Virus record (IMG/VR): IMGVR_UViG_2654587728_000014
Coordinates: 5,853 to 69,852 of that record
Direction: 5' to 3' (one strand)
Length of the DNA stretch: 64,000 bases
Source: a virus
Lineage: Duplodnaviria; Heunggongvirae; Uroviricota; Caudoviricetes
Position 1 is the stretch's first letter; each line of letters starts with the position of its first letter. Made by a program: the position numbers and the translations under genes. Of this stretch, positions 8,836 to 18,620 are shown piece after piece. Under the pieces are notes generated by a model. It saw only the letters and a list, made by a program, of their open reading frames with translations. It had not been told where the DNA came from and searched no databases.

Positions 8836-10041
8836 TTAAACCCCTTTGACAACGTCAGCGTTGACCTGTGGAACCCCGATTTCAGCGGCCAGATTCATGG
8901 CGGCTATTACCAGGTTACTGACGGCCAGCGGATACAGCAGGCTGACCATATTTTTACGATGACTTCCCGGATTGCTCAGGCGGGCACGTATGGCATCCAC
9001 TGCGCTGGCGTCCATAATGTCCGTCAGTTGTTTACCGGCCCGTTGCAGTTTGAACGTCAGAAACTCTTCAAGGTTATTGTCCAGAGGCAGAAGTTCGACC
9101 ACCTCACAGCGCTGAACGACTTCACGGACTTCCATATTGCGTTCAGACAGTTTTGTCGCCAGTTCCGGCTGGCCAATCAGCACGATGGACAGCAGTTTTT
9201 TGAAACCGGACTCCAGCTCAAAAAAGCGTTTGAGGTGTTTCAGTGTCGGAATGGGCAGACTGTGGGCCTCCTCAATCACCAGAACGTGGCTGAACCCCGC
9301 CTGGCTGCTGTCTTTCAGGACGCGATGCAACTGGCGAAAGCGGGCGTCCTGACTGCGTCTGATGCTTTCCAGTGGTGCGATGGTACTGATAATGGCTTCG
9401 GCAATCGCTGCTGCCTTCAGGGTTTTCCCTTTCACATCGTTGTCTTCCATAGCGATGATGTATGGCTCGATAACAATTACCGGCGCATTCTCGCGGTTGA
9501 TACGTTCAGTCAGGTCGCGGCGCAGCGTGGATTTACCCGCACCGGACTCACCGATGACGGCCATAAACCCACCATGACGGGCTGTCTGGTACAACGCCTC
9601 ACGCACGTAGCGAATATCCGGGGTGGTGAACACATCATCAGAACCCTGCATGGCTTCGTCGGCGAACGGGTCACGGAAAAGACCAAACGCTTTTTTGGTT
9701 GCTGGAAATAACACCTGTTTTTTGAGTAACATATTCTCTTCCTCACTGAGGCTCGTTTTATCTGTGGTACCCGCTGTACGGGGCGTGGCCGCGCCCTGTA
9801 CAGCATCAAAACTCTTCGTTGTATCAATCCCCTGACTTTCCAGCCAGGACGCAAGACGCCGGCGCACTTCTCCGGGGCTGGTGCGGGGCCACGCGTTATG
9901 ATTCACAATCTGGGCCAGCGTGGCCTCAGAAACATCGACAGCTCTCGCCACCACCGCCTGTGGAATACGGGCCTCTTTCAGTTGCTGCTTCAGTACCAGC
10001 ATGTTTCCCTCCTCAGTTGCCGTTAACAATGCTGATAACAC
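8836..10041 (-). CDS. Mu-type transposition protein B (AAA+ ATPase)
   Basis: 401 aa; N-terminal HTH-like region, Walker A VIGESGAGKST, directly downstream of and overlapping the transposase. Confidence 0.8.
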   Translation of the reverse strand: MLSALLTATEEGNMLVLKQQLKEARIPQAVVARAVDVSEATLAQIVNHNAWPRTSPGEVRRRLASWLESQGIDTTKSFDAVQGAATPRTAGTTDKTSLSEEENMLLKKQVLFPATKKAFGLFRDPFADEAMQGSDDVFTTPDIRYVREALYQTARHGGFMAVIGESGAGKSTLRRDLTERINRENAPVIVIEPYIIAMEDNDVKGKTLKAAAIAEAIISTIAPLESIRRSQDARFRQLHRVLKDSSQAGFSHVLVIEEAHSLPIPTLKHLKRFFELESGFKKLLSIVLIGQPELATKLSERNMEVREVVQRCEVVELLPLDNNLEEFLTFKLQRAGKQLTDIMDASAVDAIRARLSNPGSHRKNMVSLLYPLAVSNLVIAAMNLAAEIGVPQVNADVVKGV

Positions 10042-11782
10042 TGCTGCGGGCCGGTGTGGTCAGCGTGGCCATGACTTCATCCAGTGCGGCTTCCGGTACG
10101 CCGTCCGGGTACTGTGCCGTTAACTGGCGGTAATGTTCCGGCGTCCAGGTAAGGCCGTCGGCGCTGAACTTATCGCGCAGGGCTTTCGCGGCCTCCACAT
10201 GAGTCATGGGACGTTGTTCAGTGCGCGGCCCGCGTACGTCAGAGGCCTGACCACGCTTCGGCATATAGGCCGGAAGTGTGGTGTCGTCGATATGTTTATA
10301 CGGGTCAAGCCGCCCGCCGAACGGCAGCGCCTTCGCCTTGCGTGCGGCGGCTGCATCTGCGGCGTTGTCTGTACCGGTAACCAGCGCTTCGGTTTCTTTT
10401 GCCGCCATCTGTGCCGGGGTTTCCGGCAGGGCTTTGTAACTTTCGCCAAATACCGCCGCGCCTTCAGCAAAGCCAAACTCGTTCTTTCTGACCTCTTCGA
10501 CCAGGAAGAACGTCTCGTGGCCGTCCTCACCGGTCAGAACCACCTGTGCCACATCGCTGCGCCATGGGTTACGGGTAATCATCAGTTTTTCACCAACCAG
10601 TACGCCCGGTACCGTTGATACGTCAAATTCAGTGCCCCGGAACGAGACACGAAGTTTTGGCGTGACTTTGCGGAGTTCTGGTGCCGCCACAGCCAGTTCA
10701 CGACATACCTCAACGGAAGGCGCTTTTTTCAGCTGCTCAGCAGTAATCTTCAGCCAGATATCCGTGCGGGTTTTACCGTGGCGGCTGTGAACAGCCGTGG
10801 CGTTAAAGTGGCTGCGCCATTTCGCGGCCAGCGCGTTGAGTTCTTCCAGACTGTGAACCGGCCGGAACTTCAGACCCGGCTCCAGCTTGCGTTCGATAAT
10901 GTCACGCGCCTTTTCCACCTGTCCGGTGGCGCGGGCGTTATGCGGCTTGTGCGCTATCAGGTCGATGCCCAGTGAGCGGCACATGTTTTTCGTCATACCC
11001 GCGGTGTTTGCCGAGCCGGGGTCGAGATAGAGTATTTTCGGCACGCCGTGCAGCACGTCTGCGCCGCCACGCTCCTGCATGGCGTTGATAAGCACAGAAC
11101 ACAGGTTCTCACCTGATTCCGCGCCCGTCACATACTCAACGTAAATCCAGCCGCTGGCATGGTCGGTAATCTCGTAACTCCACACGCGGTCACTGGCGAT
11201 ACGGGCAAGGTTAGCGGGCTTGTTCTTGTAGAACTTCGCGCTGTCCATCACCTGCAGCCCTTTATGTCCATTGCTCAGGTAGTAAAGCGTGCAGAGTGAG
11301 GCGTCAATCTGCCAGACATGATTGGGATGCAGACTGGCCACTTCGGTATGTGGTGCAGGGGCATCCAGTTGTTCCGGGTGCAGGCCATAGTTACGCAGAG
11401 CACGGCTGATGGCATCTTCAGACAACGGGAAAAACTCACTGGTGGTTTCATCTGTTCTGCCTGCGGTGATAAAGCCGTTAGCCCGCAGGGTTTCCACTGC
11501 ATCTGCGATGGAATAGAGACGCTTACCGTTCTTGCGGGTGGCCTCACGCAGTGTGGCAGATATCAGCGCGGCTTCGTCGCGGGTCAGGGCGCTGCGCCCG
11601 GCATCGGCGCGTTTTTTGCGTTTATCAGTCACAGATACCTCCTTCAGCCTGCGCAGCAGAGTGGCGCGGGACATGCCAAGTTCAGCACAGGCAGCGTCGT
11701 ATATTGCACCGCGTTTACCATGCCCCGCGTCACGTGCCGCGCGGGCTGTTTCAACCAGTTTTTCAGTCAGTGCCGGGGTCAT
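10013..11782 (-). CDS. Mu-family DDE transposase (A protein)
   Basis: 589 aa; N-terminal DNA-binding region, then catalytic core with VWQIDAS, LYLDPGSANT and QVEKARDIIE consistent with a DDE triad. Confidence 0.85.
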   Translation of the reverse strand: MTPALTEKLVETARAARDAGHGKRGAIYDAACAELGMSRATLLRRLKEVSVTDKRKKRADAGRSALTRDEAALISATLREATRKNGKRLYSIADAVETLRANGFITAGRTDETTSEFFPLSEDAISRALRNYGLHPEQLDAPAPHTEVASLHPNHVWQIDASLCTLYYLSNGHKGLQVMDSAKFYKNKPANLARIASDRVWSYEITDHASGWIYVEYVTGAESGENLCSVLINAMQERGGADVLHGVPKILYLDPGSANTAGMTKNMCRSLGIDLIAHKPHNARATGQVEKARDIIERKLEPGLKFRPVHSLEELNALAAKWRSHFNATAVHSRHGKTRTDIWLKITAEQLKKAPSVEVCRELAVAAPELRKVTPKLRVSFRGTEFDVSTVPGVLVGEKLMITRNPWRSDVAQVVLTGEDGHETFFLVEEVRKNEFGFAEGAAVFGESYKALPETPAQMAAKETEALVTGTDNAADAAAARKAKALPFGGRLDPYKHIDDTTLPAYMPKRGQASDVRGPRTEQRPMTHVEAAKALRDKFSADGLTWTPEHYRQLTAQYPDGVPEAALDEVMATLTTPARSSVISIVNGN

Positions 11783-11797
11783 AGCTTGTCTTCCCTG

Positions 11798-12115
11798 TTA
11801 TCCGATTCTGGCGGCAATTTTTCTGGCGAGGTCGCACAGTGTTTCGCCATCGCAGGTTTTCACCACGGTATTTACCGGTTGCGGTGCAACTACCGGGCGT
11901 AATGCTGACTGATTCTGCAGACGTCTTATCTGCTGCATCAGCATCACCTCCATCGTCAGTACAAACGGGTGCGTCTCCTGTGCGGGTACGCAGATTTCAC
12001 CGGAAGGGGTCACCACGCGGAAACCCTGCACCATCTCCGGCAGCAGATTACACAGTGCGTGCCCCAGTGCCTCCGGGCTGTCCATCAGGGTATTTTGTGT
12101 GTTATTCGTATTCAT
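11798..12115 (-). CDS. hypothetical protein
   Basis: 105-aa ORF immediately upstream of the transposase. Confidence 0.4.
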   Translation of the reverse strand: MNTNNTQNTLMDSPEALGHALCNLLPEMVQGFRVVTPSGEICVPAQETHPFVLTMEVMLMQQIRRLQNQSALRPVVAPQPVNTVVKTCDGETLCDLARKIAARIG

Positions 12116-13035
12116 TACTGCATATCCTCCGGTCGGTTGATTTCAGGTTCCGGTTCGGTCAGCCAGGCGGGGGCATCGTTACCCGATGGAGCGGCCTCAA
12201 GGTCAAACGTCTCACGTAATGCATGAACACTGCGTTCAATCTGGCAGACCAGACCGGCCATGAAATCTCTGGGGGTATCGATCATGTTTTTGGTGCAGTA
12301 TTCACACAGGGTCTCAAAAACACTGGACAGCCGGACGGCGATAGCCGATTCGGCCTCAACCGCTAATGCCGTCACTTCCGCCCGCAATTTTTTCAGTTCT
12401 TCGTCTGGCGGCGGAGGTTGCAGGCGCGATTTCTTCTCCAGTTTTGTGGCCAGTTCGTTGATTTTTTCGTCCTTTCCGGCAAGCACCTGTTGCTGAGCTG
12501 CGTTGGTTTCGCGCGCTTCACGCAGGGCGGCCTTCAGTTCGCGGCTGGTCATGCGATCAATATCATCAAGCGTTGCACCGGCGACGGTTCCACCATCAGC
12601 TAATGCGTCGAGTTCTTCGTCATCCAGAACCATCAGTTCATATAACTTGGTTTTTCCCAAAACGCTCAGCGCTGAGCGTTTTGGCTGTTCATCTCCATTG
12701 CCGAGAAATTTCACGCTGGCCTGCATCATGCGACGAGCTACCTGTGGTGCTAATCCGAGGTCGTTTTCCAGAATATTTGTGAAATCACCATGCGGTTCAT
12801 TTTCTTTTAAGATGATCAGCCGCTTACCCGCTTCCAACATAGATTCAGCACTCTGCGCCATATAAAAACGTGCTTCGTGAACGATGCGTTCACGTTCATA
12901 AGGCAGTCCATCACCAAACTGCTGCATGATCTCCATGCGATGCTGTGTCATGGCATTCAGGCTGACGTTGAGATCATCCGACAGCGGTACATCGGCGTTC
13001 AGTTCAGTGTTAATCGGTGATTTGGTACGTCCCAT
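12115..13035 (-). CDS. DUF3102-like protein
   Basis: 306 aa, coiled-coil-rich; family commonly found next to transposases in Mu-like prophages (from memory). Confidence 0.45.
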   Translation of the reverse strand: MGRTKSPINTELNADVPLSDDLNVSLNAMTQHRMEIMQQFGDGLPYERERIVHEARFYMAQSAESMLEAGKRLIILKENEPHGDFTNILENDLGLAPQVARRMMQASVKFLGNGDEQPKRSALSVLGKTKLYELMVLDDEELDALADGGTVAGATLDDIDRMTSRELKAALREARETNAAQQQVLAGKDEKINELATKLEKKSRLQPPPPDEELKKLRAEVTALAVEAESAIAVRLSSVFETLCEYCTKNMIDTPRDFMAGLVCQIERSVHALRETFDLEAAPSGNDAPAWLTEPEPEINRPEDMQ

Positions 13036-13045
13036 TGATTACTCC

Positions 13046-13360
13046 TTACAAACGACTACCTGAAATGACACGTTGGTTAATTTCGTTAATACGATCCTGT
13101 GCACGTGCCATCTCGTTACTGTGGGCCATGGCGATCTGCAGTAACTGGATGCCCGGTGCAAAACGTCCGTTCTCCAGTTTCAGAGCCAGCCCTTCTTCAA
13201 TGAGGGTGTTGAGTGCCCGGTTGATGTTTGCCGGTGACTCGTGCAGTGCTGTCGCCAGTTCACCGTTAGAAATACCGTTCAGGGCATGACCGCGCAGCGC
13301 TTTGAGTACCCGGAGGATGCGACTGCCGGAGCTTGAAACATTCGTCTTACTCATCTGCAT
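13046..13360 (-). CDS. putative winged-helix DNA-binding protein
   Basis: 104 aa; GISNGELATALHESPANINRALNTLIEEGLA looks like a winged HTH. Confidence 0.4.
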   Translation of the reverse strand: MQMSKTNVSSSGSRILRVLKALRGHALNGISNGELATALHESPANINRALNTLIEEGLALKLENGRFAPGIQLLQIAMAHSNEMARAQDRINEINQRVISGSRL

Positions 13361-13406
13361 ACCTCTTTTGCGATATGTGATAACCTTTTACAAAGACTCA
13401 AAATAT

Positions 13407-13595
13407 TTAGGCCGCCTGAGCTGTTGATTTCAGTCCCAACTTCACGGCGATTTCATGGGATTTACCGTAACGGGCTTTGGTCTGCCCGTTGAGAACGCGG
13501 TATACCTCATTGCGGTTGTAGCCGTTTTCTTCTGCCCAGCGGGTGAAAGTGATCCCGCGCTGGCGGAAGAGAGCTTTGACTTGTTCTGCAGTCAT
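13407..13595 (-). CDS. Ner-like DNA-binding regulator
   Basis: 62 aa basic HTH protein at the head of the early operon, divergent from the repressor. Confidence 0.45.
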   Translation of the reverse strand: MTAEQVKALFRQRGITFTRWAEENGYNRNEVYRVLNGQTKARYGKSHEIAVKLGLKSTAQAA

Positions 13596-13688
13596 CGTTG
13601 TCTCCTTTGTTGATGCAATGATGTTTGCCTTATATGTGTTAGATTATTGCTCATAATTATGAGCATATCAAGATAGAGATTCACTTTT

Positions 13689-14045
13689 ATGAGCAAAGAT
13701 ATAGGAGAGCGCGTTATTTCTGTGAGGAAGAAAGCAGGGTTGAACCAGAGAGAATTTGCAGCTCGTTTAGGTATTTCTAATGGTGGTATCAGTCAGATTG
13801 AAAATGGAAAGGCGATGCCTGGAGGGGAGTTTCTGTTAAAGATGCATCAAGAGTTTAATGTTGATGTAAATTGGTTGCTCACTGGAATGAGCACAGATGG
13901 TATGACTAGAAACCAGAATCAAATTTCCCCAGAAAAACAAAAACTAATAGATACTTTTGACGACATGACACCAGACCAACAACGCTCATTTCTTGAGATT
14001 GGGCGATTCTATACTCAGCCAAAACCAGGAAAAATCGCAGGCTGA
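13689..14045 (+). CDS. XRE-family HTH repressor (c-repressor analogue)
   Basis: 118 aa; N-terminal HTH LNQREFAARLGISNGGISQIENGK; divergent from the Ner/transposase operon. Confidence 0.7.
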   Translation: MSKDIGERVISVRKKAGLNQREFAARLGISNGGISQIENGKAMPGGEFLLKMHQEFNVDVNWLLTGMSTDGMTRNQNQISPEKQKLIDTFDDMTPDQQRSFLEIGRFYTQPKPGKIAG

Positions 14046-14130
14046 TACTGACCCGGACACAAAGGACAGGTGGTTGATCTGGATGCTTTCAGAAAACATC
14101 GCCAGTGACATAGTGGAAGTTGTTTGGTTT

Positions 14131-14160
14131 ACCGGAAAGCATTGTGCTTTCCGGTTTTGT
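14131..14160 (+). terminator. intrinsic terminator after repressor gene
   Basis: ACCGGAAAGCA-TTGT-GCTTTCCGGTTTTGTTT hairpin followed by T run. Confidence 0.5.
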
Positions 14161-14161
14161 T

Positions 14162-14926
14162 TCAGAAGTTGCAGATTAGCAGTTCACGGCGCGGCGTGGG
14201 TTTACCCGCCAGACTGTAGTTGATATTCACTGTCTGTATGTTCAGTCCAGTGAACACCTCGCGCATCTGCGGGATGTCGTTCACCGAAATTATCATTTTT
14301 CCTCTGATGCACCGGGCCAGCTCTGCCAGCCGCGAGTAGTTCCCTTCAGGAAAATCCACACCATAGCCTTCCGTACCCAGGTACGGTGGGTCGCAGTAGA
14401 ACAGCGTGTGCGGACGATCATAACGCTCAATGCACTGTTGCCAGTCCATGTGTTCTATGACTGTTCTGGAAAGCCGCAGGTGTGCCGCTGACAGTTCTTC
14501 TTCAATACGTAGCAGGTTGAAGCGTGGCGGGGATGTGGTGGAGGTACCGAAGCTGTGCTCTGCCACCTTGCCGCCAAACGCCTGCTTCTGAAGGTAGTAG
14601 AACCGTGCCGCACGCTGGATATCCGTCAGTGTTTCTTCCGGGGTGATCTGCAGCCATTTGTAGATCTGACGGCTGACCAGCGCCCATTTGAACTGGCGGA
14701 CAAATTCTTCCAGGTGATGCTTTACCACCCGGTACAGATTCACCAGTTCACCGTTGATATCATTGATGACTTCGATCTTGCCGGGTGTCTTAAGAAAATA
14801 GAGCGCTGCTGCCCCACAAAACGGCTCCACATAACATTCATGCGCCGGAAACAGCGGCAGAATGTGTTTTGCAAGGCGGCGTTTGCCACCAATCCACGGC
14901 ACGATGGGTAATGTCTGCATTTTCAT
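14162..14926 (-). CDS. DNA N6-adenine methyltransferase (Dam-like)
   Basis: PIVPWIGGKRRLAKHILPLFP AdoMet-binding start and DPPY catalytic motif; probable start at the internal MKMQ. Confidence 0.8.
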   Translation of the reverse strand: MKMQTLPIVPWIGGKRRLAKHILPLFPAHECYVEPFCGAAALYFLKTPGKIEVINDINGELVNLYRVVKHHLEEFVRQFKWALVSRQIYKWLQITPEETLTDIQRAARFYYLQKQAFGGKVAEHSFGTSTTSPPRFNLLRIEEELSAAHLRLSRTVIEHMDWQQCIERYDRPHTLFYCDPPYLGTEGYGVDFPEGNYSRLAELARCIRGKMIISVNDIPQMREVFTGLNIQTVNINYSLAGKPTPRRELLICNF

Positions 14927-15116
14927 AATCTGCAAGCCTTTTACAATTATTAAAAAATATGGCAGTCTGGTCAGGTCTCGCGAGACTGACTGAACCTTGG
15001 TCGGCTCACAGCGCATTCCTGTGGGGCGATGACCAGCCCGGCTTTCGGGTGCCGGGCTGGTCGTTCTTTCATGATGCGGCAGGGATGGCGGGATTTCTGT
15101 TAATGTGGTTTAGGGA

Positions 15117-15332
15117 TTATCCGGGGCGATTTTCTGACCTTATCCGGTCCAGGGCATAAGTAATACCTTCTGCAAAAACAGAAGTATCAAACTGCTTTTG
15201 TATTCCCTGAAAATGAAAAGCGGCACGACAGACACTCAGTTCTCCGCGGTATAACCGGATAATATCTTCCAGAACATTGTTCACTGCTTCAGCACGGCGC
15301 TGATGTTCTGTTAACGTTAATCGGGGATTCAT
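15117..15332 (-). CDS. hypothetical protein
   Basis: 71-aa ORF with strong Shine-Dalgarno (AAGGAG, 6-nt spacer) upstream of its ATG. Confidence 0.4.
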   Translation of the reverse strand: MNPRLTLTEHQRRAEAVNNVLEDIIRLYRGELSVCRAAFHFQGIQKQFDTSVFAEGITYALDRIRSENRPG

Positions 15333-15735
15333 GATGCACTCCTTAAATGATGATTTTTATGTACTCACCGGCAAAATATTCTGCCGATTACTGAACACGC
15401 ATCCGGCACCTCAGGTTTTGATTTATTCTGGTTTTTTCGATATCCCGGACCAGGTTGATCACGACCAGAAAAAGTGCCGGTGTTTTATTGATACGCTGAT
15501 ATGGCTTCGGGATAACAGCTATATTCGTTACTCTCAGTTGCTGGCTGTGGGAGCGGCTGATGTCGTCCTCACGGAAAAAACGCTCTGTCTGCTCAATGCC
15601 ATGCCGACCTTTCTGCAGCCCCGGCCCGTACCATTTAAAGAGTCACTTCTGGATGCAGTAAAAACCGGTGAAAATGCAGTCATCGCTGAATGCGTATCCC
15701 GGATTATGCGTTACGTGTTTAATGAACGTAAGTGA
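15331..15735 (+). CDS. hypothetical protein (uncertain; lone plus-strand ORF in the island)
   Basis: 134-aa ORF with weak GGGG RBS; convergent with and overlapping the P-loop gene. Confidence 0.25.
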   Translation: MMHSLNDDFYVLTGKIFCRLLNTHPAPQVLIYSGFFDIPDQVDHDQKKCRCFIDTLIWLRDNSYIRYSQLLAVGAADVVLTEKTLCLLNAMPTFLQPRPVPFKESLLDAVKTGENAVIAECVSRIMRYVFNERK

Positions 15736-16439
15736 GGTTTATCCGCTGTCTGCATAATCCCGATAGCCAGTGCGAGGGGAAGTAATTCCGGGGAAACTCT
15801 TTCAAACAGCGATGCCCATTCTCCTCTCGCCATCACTCTGTCCAGCCCGCCCTCCAGTTGCATTTCAGCAATCTTCCTGATTTCCCGGAACAACGCCGCT
15901 TTGATCTCTTCATGCTCAGCTTTATTTTCCGGTGTCAGAAGGTATTCGTCGAAGAACCGGGGAGGCTGGTTAATCGGGATGTGTTCCTGTTTGCCGTACT
16001 TCGGGGACGAACAACATTCTGTTGACTGACCAGTGAGTTTACGTAACTCCTTCATGAGCAGCTCCTGATCGTAAACTGTCATCAGTGCCGCAATGGTGGC
16101 ATGCAGTGCATCGGGCAGTATCCAGGGTTGCCGGCCCGTGGGGCATATAACATCCAGCAGCTCATTCGTCCGACAGATACGCTCCTCGCCGTATGACAAC
16201 AGGCCCTGTCCCGTGTATTCCTCCAGCCTGATCACTGTGCCAGCCCGTGGTTTCTGCCATGTGCTCAGATCATCCCCACTCATACGGCGCTCACCGTCCA
16301 CGTCTGCGGCGTCGACAATGACGCTGTTTCCGAATTCCTGTTTCACCACTTCCTCTATTCGCGCCAGTACGTAACTTTTACCGCTGCCCACAGGACCGGA
16401 CACGGTGACAGTGATGACCGGATTCAGTGTCTGCGTCAT
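15711..16439 (-). CDS. P-loop NTPase of unknown function
   Basis: 242 aa; N-terminal Walker A VSGPVGSGKSYV, candidate Walker B VIVDAADVD; C-terminal 150 aa without recognisable motif. Confidence 0.55.
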   Translation of the reverse strand: MTQTLNPVITVTVSGPVGSGKSYVLARIEEVVKQEFGNSVIVDAADVDGERRMSGDDLSTWQKPRAGTVIRLEEYTGQGLLSYGEERICRTNELLDVICPTGRQPWILPDALHATIAALMTVYDQELLMKELRKLTGQSTECCSSPKYGKQEHIPINQPPRFFDEYLLTPENKAEHEEIKAALFREIRKIAEMQLEGGLDRVMARGEWASLFERVSPELLPLALAIGIMQTADKPHLRSLNT

Positions 16440-16536
16440 ATCGTATTCTCCTCTGTGAATAATTCATCGTTTATCCTGCACATCCCGTATCCCCGGCTCT
16501 CTTAACGCGCTTTAAAATCCTTCGCGCCCTGTATTT

Positions 16537-16920
16537 GTGATGCTGTCTCCACCAGATAAGGAGACACACATGAAAAAACTGAAAAAATTCATTCCCCCTG
16601 TTAAAAAACCTCGCCTCAGCGGCTGGCTGCTGACCTCAGTGCTGTTGCTGGGCACCATCGCTCTGGTCTCACCACAGCAGCTGCCTGTTGTGATCTACAA
16701 GCTGGCACTCATCACGCTGGCAGCAGTGCTGGGTTACTGGCTTGACCGTTCGCTCTTCCCCAAAGCCCGTCCCGGTCAGTACCTGAAACATGACGACAGG
16801 CTGATGGCTGAAGGGCGTTTCCCGGTACAGACCGGCCTTCACCTGGTGTTTTCTGCTGCGTTAATCCGCCGTGCACTGATTGTTGCAGCGGTCTGCCTGG
16901 CTGTTGCGATGGGGCTTTAA
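16537..16920 (+). CDS. putative holin / lysis-cassette membrane protein
   Basis: Three hydrophobic helices; first gene of the plus-strand late arm, directly upstream of the endolysin; probable start at MKKLKKF near 16570. Confidence 0.4.
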   Translation: MMLSPPDKETHMKKLKKFIPPVKKPRLSGWLLTSVLLLGTIALVSPQQLPVVIYKLALITLAAVLGYWLDRSLFPKARPGQYLKHDDRLMAEGRFPVQTGLHLVFSAALIRRALIVAAVCLAVAMGL

Positions 16921-16922
16921 TC

Positions 16923-17663
16923 ATGAACTGGCCGCAGATCACCTGGATTGTATGCATGTCCCTGAAACTGGCTTTCGAAGCCTTTCGGGTCTTCATCAGA
17001 ACCGAACGCCTGTCAGTCCGCGCCGGGACCTTTCTGGTTCATATGGCATGGGTATTCTTTGTCGCAATGTTGCTCTGGTGTGGCGGCTTTTTCAGCCAGG
17101 CATGCGCAGCACAACCTCCGCAGGCTGCGCTGCAGTATCGCGATGATGTGATCCGTAATGCCCGGCTTGAATGGGGACTGTCTGCGCCGGTGGCCGATTT
17201 CGCCGCGCAACTGCATCAGGAAAGCGGCTGGCGACCTGATGCGATCTCGCCGGCTGGCGCTCAGGGACTGGCGCAGTTCATGCCTGCCACTGCCGACTGG
17301 ATAAGCCAGTTGATACCGATGCTGAGCAGTCGTGAGCCGTTTAATCCGGCATGGGCTATCCGGGCGCTGGTCAGCTATGACCGCTGGCTGTGGCAGCGTG
17401 TCAGCGCCGCCAGTGACTGCGAGCGTATGGCCATGACACTGTCGGGCTATAACGGTGGTCTGGGCTGGGTACAACGGGACAGGCGGCTTGCATCACAGAA
17501 AGGTCTGGACAGCACCCGCTGGTTCGGACATGTCGCCACGGTGAATGCCGGACGCAATGCGGCCAGCTGGCGGGAGAACCGCCATTATCCGCAGCGCATC
17601 CTGCGCGAACTGGCACCGCGATATCTCACATGGGGAGGCAGCAGTTGTGTGGCATCTGGTTAA
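16923..17663 (+). CDS. endolysin, lytic transglycosylase (SLT domain) with N-terminal hydrophobic segment
   Basis: 246 aa; ISPAGAQGLAQFMPATA SLT signature; N-terminal TM-like helix suggests a signal-anchor-release type. Confidence 0.75.
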   Translation: MNWPQITWIVCMSLKLAFEAFRVFIRTERLSVRAGTFLVHMAWVFFVAMLLWCGGFFSQACAAQPPQAALQYRDDVIRNARLEWGLSAPVADFAAQLHQESGWRPDAISPAGAQGLAQFMPATADWISQLIPMLSSREPFNPAWAIRALVSYDRWLWQRVSAASDCERMAMTLSGYNGGLGWVQRDRRLASQKGLDSTRWFGHVATVNAGRNAASWRENRHYPQRILRELAPRYLTWGGSSCVASG

Positions 17664-18297
17664 AAAGCTGCCGTGGCGCGGCATTCTGCTGGCCATTCTT
17701 ATCAATGCCTTTCTGGTCGGCCTGTATGCCATGGGATACAGAAGTGGTCATGACTCTGCAAAGCGTGACGGTGATACCGCGCTAAGTCAGTTGCAGTCAG
17801 CATTTGACGCGTACAAAACGGAGCAGGCAACGCTTGAGAATGCTGCGCTGCGGGCCTGGGCCAGACGGTATCAGGAGCAGGTGGCCGCCGGGCAGCGGGC
17901 TGAAGCCGGTTATCTTGAGCAGATTGCTCAACTGGAGAGCCGGAACAAACAACTACAGGGGCAAATTAACGATGTCACACAGCGCTGGATTGATGAAAAA
18001 GGTAAGAGTCATCCCATTGAGTGCGTGTTTACTCGCGGTTTCGTGCGCCAGTACAACGCCGCACTCGGATATGACAACGCATCCGTCGACACCGGTCATT
18101 CAGACTCAGTTGCCGCCACTGGCACCCGCTCTGGCACAGCGACCGGGCAACCTGAAACCACTGACACCCGGTTACGCGATTCGGGTGTCTCCCAGCGTGA
18201 CGTTCTCGCCAACATCATCGACAACGCATGGCAATGTCGTCGCTGGCGGAACCAGATAAACGCGCTGCTGGATGAACGGGAAGGATTACAGAAATGA
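17647..18297 (+). CDS. i-spanin (Rz-like)
   Basis: N-terminal TM helix GILLAILINAFLVGLYAMG then coiled-coil periplasmic domain; probable GTG start at 17647. Confidence 0.5.
   Translation: MWHLVKKLPWRGILLAILINAFLVGLYAMGYRSGHDSAKRDGDTALSQLQSAFDAYKTEQATLENAALRAWARRYQEQVAAGQRAEAGYLEQIAQLESRNKQLQGQINDVTQRWIDEKGKSHPIECVFTRGFVRQYNAALGYDNASVDTGHSDSVAATGTRSGTATGQPETTDTRLRDSGVSQRDVLANIIDNAWQCRRWRNQINALLDEREGLQK
17993..18259 (+). CDS. o-spanin (Rz1-like lipoprotein) embedded in the i-spanin gene
   Basis: Starts MKKVRVIPLSACLLAVSCAS with lipobox LAVSC, then proline-rich region; in +1 frame entirely inside 17647-18297. Confidence 0.5.
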   Translation: MKKVRVIPLSACLLAVSCASTTPHSDMTTHPSTPVIQTQLPPLAPALAQRPGNLKPLTPGYAIRVSPSVTFSPTSSTTHGNVVAGGTR

Positions 18298-18620
18298 CAC
18301 TGCAGGTTGAATTCTGGACGGTGGTGAGTTTTCTGCTCACCTTCATGGGGTTTGTGGGAGGGCTCGCCAAATGGTTGTTCAGTAAAACAGAAGAACGCCA
18401 GGCGGCACGATTCGCCTCCCTTGAACAGGCCCTGCAACAATCCGCCTCCAACTGGGGCGAGCTGGAAAAAGAATTTATGCGATTTAAAGCGGATTTACCG
18501 CTGAATTATGTCCGTCGAGAGGATTATATCCGTGGCCAGACAGTCATTGAGGCCAAACTGGACGCGCTTTATAACAAACTGGAAGTGGTACAGCAGTACC
18601 GCAATACCGGAGGTCAATAA
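18294..18620 (+). CDS. small membrane protein
   Basis: 108 aa; N-terminal TM VVSFLLTFMGFVGGLAKWLF then coiled coil. Confidence 0.4.
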   Translation: MTLQVEFWTVVSFLLTFMGFVGGLAKWLFSKTEERQAARFASLEQALQQSASNWGELEKEFMRFKADLPLNYVRREDYIRGQTVIEAKLDALYNKLEVVQQYRNTGGQ

